NCBI GenBank assembly: GCA_019745315.1
Contig: JAIETH010000001.1
Coordinates: 90,526-154,525 of the forward strand
From: Patescibacteria group bacterium
Lineage (GTDB): Bacteria; Patescibacteriota; Minisyncoccia; Phycocordibacterales; UBA918
DNA: 64,000 bases
Direction: 5' to 3'
This document shows positions 1 through 10,076 of the stretch, one piece after another. The first letter of the stretch is position 1. Every line of letters starts with the position of its first letter. The position numbers and the translations under genes were made by a program. The notes under the pieces were generated by a model. The model was not told the DNA's origin, searched no databases, and saw nothing but the letters and a program-made list of their open reading frames with translations.

Positions 1-807
1 TCTGTGTCTGCATTGTCTACAGACGAGCCAGCGACTCGATACCCATCGCTTGTAGAGGAGGTACTTCTTGACGGAGATACTCTCAAGGAGGGAACTCAAT
101 ATCTCCACATTCAGTTTAAGAGTGAAAGTGAGTGGGGGGCCGTAGCGCATCGGATGATTAGAATAGATCTCACTGCCCCAAAGAATGTTGAAGTTGGTGC
201 GCGGCACGATCAAGAAAATGGCATCGCTCTTATTCCTGAAGCAGAGGATGAGCTTTCAGGTATTGCGCATTACACAATTTCTATTGATGGAGGTGTGCCA
301 CAAAAGCTTTCTCCTGTGGAGGCAAAGCGCGGGTATGAAGTTGGTTTTTTAAATCCTGGAAGTCATACGGTAGAAGTAATGGCAGTAGATAAGGCAGGTA
401 ACAGTACAAAAACAAGCATGCCTCTTGTAGTTGTGGGTGCGAGCACTATGCCTATAAGTGAATCCACAATGCCATCGCTCTGGGTTCTCTTTACGTTCCC
501 TGGTATCTTCATACTTCTCCTTCTGTGCCTCATCTTTGCTCTTGTTGCCTCTATCAAGTCTGAACGTGAAGCATTAAAAACAAAAGAAGCACAACTCCGA
601 AAAGAAACGAAAGAAGTGCAAGATCAAATTGAAAAAATATTTTCTGCATTGCGCACAGAGATACATACACAAATGCAGTCACTTACTAAGCGACCACGCC
701 TCACGAAGAATCAACAAGCTGTTGTGGTGGGGCTCGAAAGTGCCCTTGCAGTCTCTGAAACACTTATCGAAAAAGAGATTATCGACGTACAAGAGATATT
801 AAAATAA
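1..807 (+). CDS. Hypothetical surface/membrane protein, 5'-partial at the window edge. Has an Ig-like beta-rich region, a C-terminal TM helix and a coiled-coil tail.
   Basis: ORF runs off the window start. Hydrophobic stretch 'LWVLFTFPGIFILLLLCLIFALVA' is followed by a charged, K/E-rich coiled-coil-like tail. Confidence 0.5.
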   Translation, partial: SVSALSTDEPATRYPSLVEEVLLDGDTLKEGTQYLHIQFKSESEWGAVAHRMIRIDLTAPKNVEVGARHDQENGIALIPEAEDELSGIAHYTISIDGGVPQKLSPVEAKRGYEVGFLNPGSHTVEVMAVDKAGNSTKTSMPLVVVGASTMPISESTMPSLWVLFTFPGIFILLLLCLIFALVASIKSEREALKTKEAQLRKETKEVQDQIEKIFSALRTEIHTQMQSLTKRPRLTKNQQAVVVGLESALAVSETLIEKEIIDVQEILK

Positions 808-884
808 GCCTATACGTGCTGATCGCGTATGCTCTCCTGCCAGAGGTGCTTTTGCGCTCGTGATATACTGAGTGTGTAGTTACG

Positions 885-1409
885 TTGAATATTATTCGGT
901 TCTGGGAGCTAATAGATACGTTACATATGCAAAATACATACATTGGTATAGCAGCTGGCTTGGTTTTGTTGCTGGGAGGATTGGCAACGGTTACCTATAT
1001 GCAGCAAAAAGATGCTGATACGGTTGAAGAGAGTGAGGTCATGGTTGAAACTGAGACTGAAACTACGTCACAAGAGATGCGTATTGATGCAAAGCATTTC
1101 TTCTCATCAAATGATGGAGTTCATACACTGGTTGGAGAAATACTCATGCCAACTCCGTGCGATCTTCTTACCTATACGCCAACCGTTCTTGAAAATGGAA
1201 AACGTGTAGAAATAGCGTTTTCAGTAACAAATAATTCAGGAGATTCGTGCGTACAAATGGTTACCCCTCAAAGATTTAGTGTGACTTTCAAAGCAGAAAA
1301 AGATGCGGTGATTGAAGCGTACTACCAGGGTGCGCGAGCGTCTCTCAATATATTTCCCGCGAAAGATGGTGAAGACCCTACAGATTTTGAGCTCTTTATA
1401 AAGGGCTGA
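885..1409 (+). CDS. Hypothetical membrane-anchored protein
   Basis: TTG/ATG start. N-terminal TM helix 'IGIAAGLVLLLGGLATV'. No recognisable family. Confidence 0.45.
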   Translation: MNIIRFWELIDTLHMQNTYIGIAAGLVLLLGGLATVTYMQQKDADTVEESEVMVETETETTSQEMRIDAKHFFSSNDGVHTLVGEILMPTPCDLLTYTPTVLENGKRVEIAFSVTNNSGDSCVQMVTPQRFSVTFKAEKDAVIEAYYQGARASLNIFPAKDGEDPTDFELFIKG

Positions 1410-1429
1410 TTTAGCATTCGTTTTAAGTA

Positions 1430-2725
1430 TTGTATATGACGCCTTTTGAACAAATCATTTCACACATTAGAAAAGCTTCTGGAACTCTTGCCATGAGTGA
1501 GGAGGAGCAGACTATTTTCAATACTCCCGATAGAAGTATTGAAAAAACTCTCACAATTGTAAAAGATAACGGAGAAACAGAATCGTTCCCAGCCTACCGC
1601 GTACAATTTAATAATGCGCGAGGTCCCTATAAAGGTGGTATTCGCTTTCATCCTGATGCTCATAGCGAAGAGGTGAAGGCACTTGCTGCAGCTATGGCTA
1701 TTAAGTGTGCCGTTGTCGGCGTGCCGTTTGGTGGAGCAAAAGGGGGAGTGATGATCGATCCTAAAAAATACAGCAAAACTGAAATTGAGCGCGTATCACG
1801 AAAGTATGCGCAGGAATTTAAGGAACATATTGGCGTTAATCGCGATATTCCAGCTCCAGACGTCTACACCAACGCTGAAGTGATGGCATATATCCTTGAT
1901 GAGTATGAAAAGTTAACAGGAGCAAGTGAGGCAGGTGTCGTTACGGGTAAGCCGCTCTCTCTCGGGGGAAGTGAAGGGCGAGATACTGCAACAGCACAAG
2001 GGGGTGCCTATGTATTAGGAGAACTTATTTCAAGACTTGGACGTACTCCAGCTTCTACGTCTGTTGCAGTACAAGGTTTTGGAAATGCAGGAGCAACGAT
2101 TGCATGCATACTGCATTCTTTGGGATATAAAATTGTTGCGGTGTCTGATAGTACTGGAACACTCTATGCAAAAAACGGACTTGATCCACAAAAGATTCTT
2201 CTCGCAAAGAAAAACACCGAGTCCATCTTGGGCGATTATTGTGATGATGGGGTATGTGACGAAAATATGTTGCGTAAGGATGGGGCAGAAGTGCTGGCAC
2301 CAGAGGCAGCCTTGAGTATCGCTGCAGACATTCTTATTCCTGCCGCTCTCGATAATCAGATTCGTGAAGATAATGTTGCTGTCGTTGTGGCGCCAATTAT
2401 TCTTGAGCTTGCAAATAATCCTGTGACTCCGCAAGCGGATCGAATACTCTTTGAGCGCGGTGTCGTTGTTGTTCCTGATGTCTTGGCGAATGCGGGAGGC
2501 GTTACGGTGTCATATCTCGAGTGGGTGCAAAATAGACAGGGATATTATCTCACCAAGGCTGAGGTAATGGATCGTCTCCAAAAAATAATAATTGCTGCGT
2601 ACGGTCGCGTCGAAGAAGCTGCTCGCACGCACACTCTCTCGCTCAGAGAGGGGGCGTACCTTGTGGGTGTTCGTGATATATATGAAGCTATGAAGTATCG
2701 AGGTCGCTTTGGGAAGGAAGGATAG
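1430..2725 (+). CDS. gdhA: Glutamate dehydrogenase (Glu/Leu/Phe/Val dehydrogenase family)
   Basis: 'KGGIRFHP', 'GVPFGGAKGG' and C-terminal 'NAGGVTVSYLEWVQN' are GDH family signatures. Confidence 0.9.
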   Translation: MYMTPFEQIISHIRKASGTLAMSEEEQTIFNTPDRSIEKTLTIVKDNGETESFPAYRVQFNNARGPYKGGIRFHPDAHSEEVKALAAAMAIKCAVVGVPFGGAKGGVMIDPKKYSKTEIERVSRKYAQEFKEHIGVNRDIPAPDVYTNAEVMAYILDEYEKLTGASEAGVVTGKPLSLGGSEGRDTATAQGGAYVLGELISRLGRTPASTSVAVQGFGNAGATIACILHSLGYKIVAVSDSTGTLYAKNGLDPQKILLAKKNTESILGDYCDDGVCDENMLRKDGAEVLAPEAALSIAADILIPAALDNQIREDNVAVVVAPIILELANNPVTPQADRILFERGVVVVPDVLANAGGVTVSYLEWVQNRQGYYLTKAEVMDRLQKIIIAAYGRVEEAARTHTLSLREGAYLVGVRDIYEAMKYRGRFGKEG

Positions 2726-2851
2726 ACGGTACTTTTGACAGAAAATACAGATATGATCTAATTCAGTTAGATCAGTACCCATACGGTTTTCGGTGAAGCA
2801 GGAATATATCCAGCTGTGCTCGTCACACAGTCAGCTTCTCAAAAAAACGGT

Positions 2852-3013
2852 ATGAAAATTTTTAGAGCCGTGGGACTCTTGATTTTCTTGTTCTTTGCGC
2901 AGGTTGTCGTAGGTGAAATGTTCAGAGCTGTCTCGAGTGCCGTTGTTGCAACTCTTGAGACACTTGAAACAGCTTCACATACAGCTACTGTGCAATTACA
3001 GAAAATCGAATAA
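2852..3013 (+). CDS. Possible small secreted/membrane protein (53 aa)
   Basis: 'MKIFRAVGLLIFLFFAQVVV...' has a signal/TM-like N-terminus. It is followed by a clean hairpin+T terminator at about 3022-3050. The RBS is weak. Confidence 0.25.
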   Translation: MKIFRAVGLLIFLFFAQVVVGEMFRAVSSAVVATLETLETASHTATVQLQKIE

Positions 3014-3066
3014 CCCACATACAGCGCCAGAATATTCTGGCGCTTATGCGTATGTGATATACTATT

Positions 3067-4116
3067 TTGTATATGCCGCGTCAGCTTACTGAACAGGTTT
3101 TCTTCTATGGGTTACTTGCGCTTGCAGGCTATGTGATATGGCAAATTTTTGCTCCGTTTGTAGGAGAATTAATTCTGGCAGCAATTATTGCAGTGGTCGC
3201 GTACCCTCTTTTCACACGATTATTACGTTTGATGCCAAAGCAAAGTAGAGGACTTGCCGCATTTGCGACACTAATCCTTATTGCGTGTACGATTTTTGCG
3301 CCGCTCTCGTTTCTTGCATATATTCTTTTTAACCAAGCTCTCGCTTTTTACAATAGTTTTGGGCAAGCAGGAGTGGCGAGCGCCGGAGACTCTCTCAATA
3401 TGCTCGAGGGTCTTATTAGACAATTCTTCCCTGACTTCGCATTTAACTTTGCACAGTATGCAAAATCCGCCTCAGGATGGGTTGCGGTGCATGTCGGAGA
3501 TATTTTTGCAGGAACTGCTTCAACCATCTTCAGTCTTTTTATAACGTTCATTGCACTTTTCTACATGTTTAAGGATGGATCATGGTTTGTCCGCAAACTT
3601 ATTTGCCTGAGCCCCCTTAAAGATACTGAGGACACATTGATTCTGGGTCGTCTCACAACTTCAATACGTTCTGTAGTCTTGGGGACACTTGCCGTAGCAC
3701 TCATACAAGGAATTCTGACATCGATTGGATTCACTATTTTCGGCATTGAGCAGGCAGTTTTGTGGGGAAGCGTTGCTGCGGTTGGAGCATTGATTCCAGG
3801 TATTGGAACAGGAATCGTGTTTGTTGTTGTTATTGCGATTACCTTCCTCTCTGGTTCGTATGGAGCTGCTATCGGACTTGCGCTGTGGGGAATATTTGCC
3901 GTTGGTCTCATTGATAACTTCTTGGGGCCATATCTTATGGGTCGAGGAGCTGAGCTCCACCCATTCTTAATCCTTATTGCTGTTCTCGGAGGAGTCTCCC
4001 TCTTCGGCCCTATCGGAATCCTTATTGGTCCTGTTGCGCTTACATTCTTCACAGTGCTTCTTGAGTTGTATAGTCTTCATACACAAAAGAAAGACGAAGA
4101 ACGATATGCTGGATAG
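3067..4116 (+). CDS. AI-2E family transporter (PerM/UPF0118)
   Basis: Polytopic membrane protein about 350 aa long with the typical AI-2E N-terminal 'LLALAGYVIWQIFAPFVGELILAAIIAVVAYPLF' and C-terminal helices. Confidence 0.8.
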   Translation: MYMPRQLTEQVFFYGLLALAGYVIWQIFAPFVGELILAAIIAVVAYPLFTRLLRLMPKQSRGLAAFATLILIACTIFAPLSFLAYILFNQALAFYNSFGQAGVASAGDSLNMLEGLIRQFFPDFAFNFAQYAKSASGWVAVHVGDIFAGTASTIFSLFITFIALFYMFKDGSWFVRKLICLSPLKDTEDTLILGRLTTSIRSVVLGTLAVALIQGILTSIGFTIFGIEQAVLWGSVAAVGALIPGIGTGIVFVVVIAITFLSGSYGAAIGLALWGIFAVGLIDNFLGPYLMGRGAELHPFLILIAVLGGVSLFGPIGILIGPVALTFFTVLLELYSLHTQKKDEERYAG

Positions 4117-4513
4117 ACACTTCTTAGATTCATTTCTCAAACTCAATCATACGTCTCCGACGATGAGTGATGAGGAAGTGTCGGCGGTTCTGAGTAAAGC
4201 GGGGTGGTCAAAATCTGAAATTGATAGTGCTCTTATTCTTCTTCAGAAGGGAGCGGTTCCTACTAGTTCACAAGGTAACGTACCATTTCGCCCTGATATG
4301 GAATTTTCTCCGTCGCAACTCTCGAGTCTTCTTGGTGTTGATGTGAAGCTTGATCCAAGTATTATGCGCGGAGCGAGTGCTTCGATTGATGGGCGAGAGG
4401 TTGTAGTCCGGACATTTTTTGGTTTTGGTATCGTATTGGTGTCGCTTTCCATTGCAGCTCTCATAGGTTTGGGGTCTATGCATTTCCTCGAGATCGGTCC
4501 ATTCGCACGATAG
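4103..4513 (+). CDS. Hypothetical protein with C-terminal TM helix
   Basis: Internal ATG of the 3977 ORF, chosen to avoid overlap with the transporter. C-terminal 'FFGFGIVLVSLSIAALIGLG'. Confidence 0.4.
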   Translation, partial: DMLDRHFLDSFLKLNHTSPTMSDEEVSAVLSKAGWSKSEIDSALILLQKGAVPTSSQGNVPFRPDMEFSPSQLSSLLGVDVKLDPSIMRGASASIDGREVVVRTFFGFGIVLVSLSIAALIGLGSMHFLEIGPFAR

Positions 4514-4516
4514 TAT

Positions 4517-5584
4517 TTGTATGGTATGAAAAAACAACAGTATATCTACGCAGGAATCTGCGCTTTTTTTATAGCAGTTTTTTTCTGGATGCTTTCGTTT
4601 TCATATGAATTTAACGAAGTCTGGAGTCGTATCTATCATCCTGATACTGCATCGCCATCTATGCTGTTTACAGGAGACGTTATGCTCGCTCGAAGTGTTG
4701 AGAAAAAGATGCGAGCAGGGGGGAATGACTATCCTTTTTCTGCGCTTGGATCGTTTTTAAAAGAGCATGTAGCAGTTGTTGCTAATTTTGAAGCGAGTAT
4801 TCCAGAAGTTCATGTACCAACTCCTGACATGGGCTTTAGTTTTTCCGTTGATCCAGCGTTCCTTTCTGGTCTCAAAGAAAATGGTATAGGATATTTAAGT
4901 CTTGCGAATAATCATTCGTATGATTTTGGGCCTGGTGAATATGCTCATACAAAGAGCGTATTGAAAGAATCTGGTTTTATTGTGGGCGGTGATCAGCGCA
5001 GCGTATCTTCTTTGGAGGTCATGTATACAACGCTTGGTGATATGCGGGTGGCGATAGTTCCTGTGTATTCAGTATTTGTTACTCCTGATATAGAAGAGAT
5101 CAAGGATACACTTGCTATAGCCGCAACGTCCTCAGATATACAAGTCATATATATACATTGGGGAGATGAGTACGAATTAGTTCATAATACGCAACAAGAA
5201 GTCTTGGCTCACGCCATGATTGATGCGGGCGCTGATGCAATTATTGGACACCATCCGCATGTCGTTCAAGACATACAGATATACAAAGGTGCACCTATCT
5301 TTTATTCGTTAGGCAACTTTATTTTTGACCAATATTGGAGCGTGGACGTGGAGCAAGGGTTGCTGGTGTCACTTCATTTTTTCGGTAGAGATAAGGTCGG
5401 TGTATGGAACTATGAACTTTTTCCAATACAAAGCTCTCGAAGTGTTCCGGCACATATGACATCTCCTGCTCGAGAAGAATTTTTGACAAAACTTGCAGAT
5501 CGTAGTGAAACGTCACTTGCTGCTGCTATTGCCCAGGGCACAATAGAAATTACTCATAAAAACCTTGCGCCAATTCCAAACTGA
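4517..5584 (+). CDS. CapA-family metallophosphoesterase (poly-gamma-glutamate synthesis CapA/PgsA-like)
   Basis: Motifs 'IHWGDEYE' and 'GHHPHVVQ' characteristic of the CapA family. N-terminal TM. Confidence 0.8.
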   Translation: MYGMKKQQYIYAGICAFFIAVFFWMLSFSYEFNEVWSRIYHPDTASPSMLFTGDVMLARSVEKKMRAGGNDYPFSALGSFLKEHVAVVANFEASIPEVHVPTPDMGFSFSVDPAFLSGLKENGIGYLSLANNHSYDFGPGEYAHTKSVLKESGFIVGGDQRSVSSLEVMYTTLGDMRVAIVPVYSVFVTPDIEEIKDTLAIAATSSDIQVIYIHWGDEYELVHNTQQEVLAHAMIDAGADAIIGHHPHVVQDIQIYKGAPIFYSLGNFIFDQYWSVDVEQGLLVSLHFFGRDKVGVWNYELFPIQSSRSVPAHMTSPAREEFLTKLADRSETSLAAAIAQGTIEITHKNLAPIPN

Positions 5585-5599
5585 TGGTTACATAGAGCG

Positions 5600-6181
5600 A
5601 TGTCAAAAAAGAACAGTTCACGGATGCCTCTTAATTTTGAACGAGACGAACTAATAGGGATTTTCGTGTGCCTCGTGCTCGCTATAGGGTTTTTTGTCGT
5701 TCTTCGATTCGAAGAGATACAGGGAGCTATCAAGCGCCACTATGATGCGGCTATTATAAAAGAAGAAAAAATCCCCGATATGGTATTTATTGATACAGAC
5801 AACAATCCAAAAGATGTACAGGCATCACTTGCGGGTGCATTTTCTGCGCAAGGTGAAGTAAAAAAACTAATTGTTGAAGATAGTGTGGTAGGTACAGGAG
5901 CAGAAGTAGTTGAAGGCTCTCGCGTAACCGTTCATTATATTGGAGCGCTTCAGGATGGTACAGAGTTTGATAATTCATATGCTCGCGGAGAGGCTTTCTC
6001 GTTTACCGTTGGAGGAGGTACTGTTATTAAAGGATGGGACACAGGTCTTATCGGTATGAAAGAGGGAGGTAAGCGACTTCTCGTTATTCCTTCGAACCTT
6101 GCGTATGGAGATAGTGCCGTTGGTCCTATACCAAAAGGTTCAACACTCCTCTTTTCTATTGAACTTATTGCTGTTAAATAA
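5600..6181 (+). CDS. FKBP-type peptidyl-prolyl cis-trans isomerase, membrane anchored
   Basis: 'VHYIGALQDGTEFDNSYARGEAFSFTVGGGTVIKGWDTGLIGMKEGGKRLLVIPSNLAYGD' is a canonical FKBP domain. N-terminal TM. Confidence 0.85.
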   Translation: MSKKNSSRMPLNFERDELIGIFVCLVLAIGFFVVLRFEEIQGAIKRHYDAAIIKEEKIPDMVFIDTDNNPKDVQASLAGAFSAQGEVKKLIVEDSVVGTGAEVVEGSRVTVHYIGALQDGTEFDNSYARGEAFSFTVGGGTVIKGWDTGLIGMKEGGKRLLVIPSNLAYGDSAVGPIPKGSTLLFSIELIAVK

Positions 6182-6183
6182 TA

Positions 6184-7431
6184 ATGAGTACAAAGCCAGT
6201 TTCTTTTACTGTTGTACAAAAGATACCAAAGAGCTTAGGGCGCGCGGGCGTTATTCATACGCCGCATGGTGATATAGAGACACCTGCGTTTGTAGTGGTT
6301 GGTACGAAAGCAAGCGTAAAGAGCTTGATGCCTGAAGATTTGCGTCAGTATGTAGGGAATCAGGTAACGCTTGCAAACACCTATCATTTATTTTTGCAGC
6401 CAGGACACGAAGTGGTGAAGGCGGGAGGGGGATTGAATGCTTTTGCGCATTGGGAGACACCAACAATGACTGACTCAGGAGGGTTTCAAGTATTTTCTCT
6501 TGGGGCTGCGTTTGGAAAAGGTGTAACGAAGTTTGCGAAAGGTGACGTAGAGACTGAGCTGCCTGCGCGCGCTGAACTCAATGTCTATAGTGAAAAGCAT
6601 GCCGCAGATCATGGCAAGCTCTGTCAGATTGACGAAGACGGAGTGACGTTCACCTCACATATTGATGGCTCGCTTCATCGATTTACCGCAGAGCGATCTA
6701 TTGAAATTCAACATGCGATTGGAGCGGATATTATTATTGCATTCGATGAATGTACGTCGCCAACAGCTGATCGCGCATACCAAGAAGAGGCAATGCATCG
6801 CACACACCGCTGGGCGAAGCGCTCTGTATTGGCTCATAAACAGAATTATGAAGCGTTAAAGAAGCAAGGGCTCTTTGGTGTCGTGCAAGGTGGTCGCCAT
6901 CTTGATTTACGTGCTGAAAGCGCTCGCATATTGGCATCCATGGATTTCGATGGCTTTGGTATTGGCGGATCTTTTTCAAAAGAAGATCTCGGAGATTCTT
7001 TGCGGGTAGTGAATGAAGTCTTGCCAGACGATAAGCCTCGGCACCTCCTTGGTATCGGTGAGCCAGAAGATATTGTTGAAGGTATTTTACAAGGATGCGA
7101 TACGTTTGATTGTGTCCAGCCGACGCGCATTGGACGCACAGGAACCATCTATGTGCATACCGGAGCTATGAAGACGACTCCCTGCGGCACATTTACCTAT
7201 CCTGAAACAAAAAAGATTAGCGTTAGAAATGAGCAGTATAAAACTGATCATTCTCCACTCGACCCACTCTCAGACGGGTATGTTGCCCAGAAATATACAA
7301 AAGCGTACCTCGCACACCTTTTCCGCGCAGGAGAAATCTTGGGTCCTCACCTCGCATCAATTCACAACCTCTATTTCATAACGAACTTCACTAAAAATTT
7401 GCGAAAACAGATTTTAGAAAAGAGCGCATAG
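6184..7431 (+). CDS. tgt: Queuine tRNA-ribosyltransferase
   Basis: 'LANTYHL', 'LLGIGEPEDIVEGILQGCDTFDCVQPTRIGRTG' are TGT catalytic and zinc-site regions. Confidence 0.85.
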   Translation: MSTKPVSFTVVQKIPKSLGRAGVIHTPHGDIETPAFVVVGTKASVKSLMPEDLRQYVGNQVTLANTYHLFLQPGHEVVKAGGGLNAFAHWETPTMTDSGGFQVFSLGAAFGKGVTKFAKGDVETELPARAELNVYSEKHAADHGKLCQIDEDGVTFTSHIDGSLHRFTAERSIEIQHAIGADIIIAFDECTSPTADRAYQEEAMHRTHRWAKRSVLAHKQNYEALKKQGLFGVVQGGRHLDLRAESARILASMDFDGFGIGGSFSKEDLGDSLRVVNEVLPDDKPRHLLGIGEPEDIVEGILQGCDTFDCVQPTRIGRTGTIYVHTGAMKTTPCGTFTYPETKKISVRNEQYKTDHSPLDPLSDGYVAQKYTKAYLAHLFRAGEILGPHLASIHNLYFITNFTKNLRKQILEKSA

Positions 7432-7466
7432 TAGAGAAATTTTTTAGTTTGGTATACTGAACAGTA

Positions 7467-9557
7467 ATGTCCGTATTTAATTTAAAAACAGATCATCGTC
7501 CGGCAGGCGATCAGCCTAAGGCTATTGAGGCGTTGATTAAGGGCGTTAAAGCTGGTCAAAAGCATCAGACGCTTCTTGGTGTGACTGGATCAGGAAAAAC
7601 GTTTACGGGAGCTAATGTAATACAAGCTATTGGAAAACCAACGCTGGTTATTGCGCATAATAAGACTCTCGCAGCGCAGCTTGCACAGGAATATCGAGAC
7701 TTCTTTCCTGATAACGCAGTGCATTATTTCGTTTCATACTACGACTACTATCAGCCTGAGGCATACATGCCAACGTCTGACACCTATATTGAGAAAGAAG
7801 CACAGATCAACGAAGAGATTGATCGATTGCGGCATGCATCCACCCAGGCACTTTTGACACGGAAAGACGTGATTATTGTGGCATCAGTATCATGTATCTA
7901 TGGACTCGGGTCTCCTGAGCAGTATGAGCGCGTGCATAAAAAGATTGTAAAAGGGTATGCGATCACGCGCGCTGAGATGATACGCCTTTTGGTGTCGATG
8001 TACTTTGAACGAACAAACGCGGATTTAAATCCGGGCGAATTTCGTGCAGTAGGAAACTATGTTGAGATTATGCCTGTCAATGAGCGCGTGGTGTATCGTA
8101 TTTCCTTTGATGAGAAGGGTGTTGCTCTCATTACCAATATTGACGCAATCACCAGAGAAATACGCGAGGCTGACGTTGAAGTATTTTTCCTATTTCCAGC
8201 CAAACACTTTGTGACCCCAGAAGAAGAGCGTGTTGCAGCTATCACTGACATTGATCTTGAGCTCAAGGATCAGTTAAAGAAATTTAATGAGGCAGGGAAG
8301 ATTCTTGAGGCGGAGCGTATTAAGCGGAGAACCCAATATGATTTGGCGCTTATGCGTGAGGTTGGGTACTGCAATGGTATTGAAAACTATTCACGACACT
8401 TCGACAGACGCGCGCCGGGTGAGCCACCGTTTACACTTCTTTCATATTTCCCACACCTACCAGACGGAACTCCTGATTTCCTTACCATTATTGATGAGTC
8501 ACACGTAACTATTCCACAAATTGGTGGTATGTACGCAGGAGATCGTTCTCGTAAAGATACGCTCGTTGAGCACGGCTTTCGTTTGCCGAGCGCTGTCGAT
8601 AACCGACCACTGACGTTTGCTGAATTTGAAGAACGTGTGGGACAGCGTATCTATACCTCAGCAACTCCTGGTACGTATGAGTACGAACATTCAAAAGAAC
8701 CACATGGCAAAATCGTTGAACAGATTATTCGTCCAACAGGACTTGTTGATCCACTGATTGAAATACGTGGCGTTATACAGGAAGGTGAGTATCCGGGACA
8801 GGTGCGTGATTTCATCGAAGATGCAGTTTCGGTCATTAAAGGTGGCGGGCGTGTTTTGGTGACCACGCTCACCAAGGCAATGGCAGAAGATCTCTCAGAG
8901 TTTCTTAAGGAGCGAAATATAAAAGCGGAATATATTCATAGCGATATTAAAACGATTGATCGTATTACTATTTTGACGCAATTCAGACGAGGTGTATTTG
9001 ACTGTCTTGTAGGAGTAAACCTCCTTCGTGAAGGACTCGACTTGCCTGAGGTAGAGCTTGTATCAATTCTCGACGCTGACAAAGAAGGATTCCTTCGTTC
9101 TGAAACGTCTTTGATTCAAACTATTGGTCGCGCCGCTCGAAATGTGAAAGGACACGTCGTTCTCTATGCTGACACGATGACCAAGTCGCTGGAAAAAGCT
9201 ATCGGTGAGACGAATCGAAGGCGCGATATTCAGCTTGCGTACAATAAGGAGCACAATATAACTCCGGTAACAATTAAAAAAGCGATTAAAGATATCACGG
9301 AGCAAATGTCGACGGAGCACACCAAGGCAGTGTCGTCACTCCTTTCCATCGATACTGATATCTATGAGAAAAATCCAAAAGCATTCATAAAAGAGAAGAT
9401 TCTTCAGATGAATGAAGCGGTAAAGATTCTTGATTTTGAAACAGCAGCGCTCATTCGTGACGAAATAGAATTTCTTGAGGAGTCGACTGCAAAAAAAGTA
9501 AAAAAAGCAAAACGCGCAGCTGTTGCTAAGATAAAAAAGGAGCACGGTAAAGAGTAA
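7467..9557 (+). CDS. uvrB: Excinuclease ABC subunit B
   Basis: Walker A 'GVTGSGKT', helicase motifs, UvrB beta-hairpin region, and a C-terminal UvrB/UvrC interaction motif. Confidence 0.95.
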   Translation: MSVFNLKTDHRPAGDQPKAIEALIKGVKAGQKHQTLLGVTGSGKTFTGANVIQAIGKPTLVIAHNKTLAAQLAQEYRDFFPDNAVHYFVSYYDYYQPEAYMPTSDTYIEKEAQINEEIDRLRHASTQALLTRKDVIIVASVSCIYGLGSPEQYERVHKKIVKGYAITRAEMIRLLVSMYFERTNADLNPGEFRAVGNYVEIMPVNERVVYRISFDEKGVALITNIDAITREIREADVEVFFLFPAKHFVTPEEERVAAITDIDLELKDQLKKFNEAGKILEAERIKRRTQYDLALMREVGYCNGIENYSRHFDRRAPGEPPFTLLSYFPHLPDGTPDFLTIIDESHVTIPQIGGMYAGDRSRKDTLVEHGFRLPSAVDNRPLTFAEFEERVGQRIYTSATPGTYEYEHSKEPHGKIVEQIIRPTGLVDPLIEIRGVIQEGEYPGQVRDFIEDAVSVIKGGGRVLVTTLTKAMAEDLSEFLKERNIKAEYIHSDIKTIDRITILTQFRRGVFDCLVGVNLLREGLDLPEVELVSILDADKEGFLRSETSLIQTIGRAARNVKGHVVLYADTMTKSLEKAIGETNRRRDIQLAYNKEHNITPVTIKKAIKDITEQMSTEHTKAVSSLLSIDTDIYEKNPKAFIKEKILQMNEAVKILDFETAALIRDEIEFLEESTAKKVKKAKRAAVAKIKKEHGKE

Positions 9558-9617
9558 AAATTTGCCTTTCTATAGGTTTGTGGTTTACTAATTTCGGATC
9601 CAAAACGGAGGGGGGTA

Positions 9618-9965
9618 ATGGCGTTACTCAAGAGACTTGTTGTTGGGCATGTGCAGACTGAGTTTCAAAAAATGCTCGACAATGCGTATCCCAGAAAAGC
9701 GAAAGAAGTCGGTGTTTCATACACTGCATCGCTTTTGGAATCTCCTATTTGCGGCCCATTTGGCTTGCACTGTTGTTCAAAAAAGTTTCTCACCAAGCTT
9801 ACGTACAGACAACAATTTCGTGCTGTGCGTACATTTAGGGCGGGGTCGTTTGTGTGGGTGGCAGAGACTCGTGGACAGGTATCTCTCCGAATATGCTCCG
9901 CATGCTTAAAGGTCGAACTTCCTCGTATGTCGACCGAGATTGTCTCGCGAAGGCGAGGTATGTAG
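9618..9965 (+). CDS. Hypothetical small basic Cys-rich protein (115 aa)
   Basis: Strong SD 'GGAGGGGGG' 5 nt upstream of the ATG. Lies in the roughly 430-nt uvrB-uvrA spacer. No family recognised. Could alternatively be a non-coding region. Confidence 0.3.
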   Translation: MALLKRLVVGHVQTEFQKMLDNAYPRKAKEVGVSYTASLLESPICGPFGLHCCSKKFLTKLTYRQQFRAVRTFRAGSFVWVAETRGQVSLRICSACLKVELPRMSTEIVSRRRGM

Positions 9966-10076
9966 TGTGGTTTTTTAAATCAAGGCCCTGATCACGTGTC
10001 AGAGGCTTTTTCTTTGGTGTGTTATACTCTTTTCATATATTATGCGCATACAGCGCCAGGTTTGGTATTTTTGTAT

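Noticed and set aside
3281-4052. Internal and antisense ORFs within the AI-2E transporter gene, and similar antisense ORFs inside uvrB, uvrA, atpA/atpG, alaS
   Set aside because: They are fully nested in well-supported genes. They give low-complexity translations and have no start signals.
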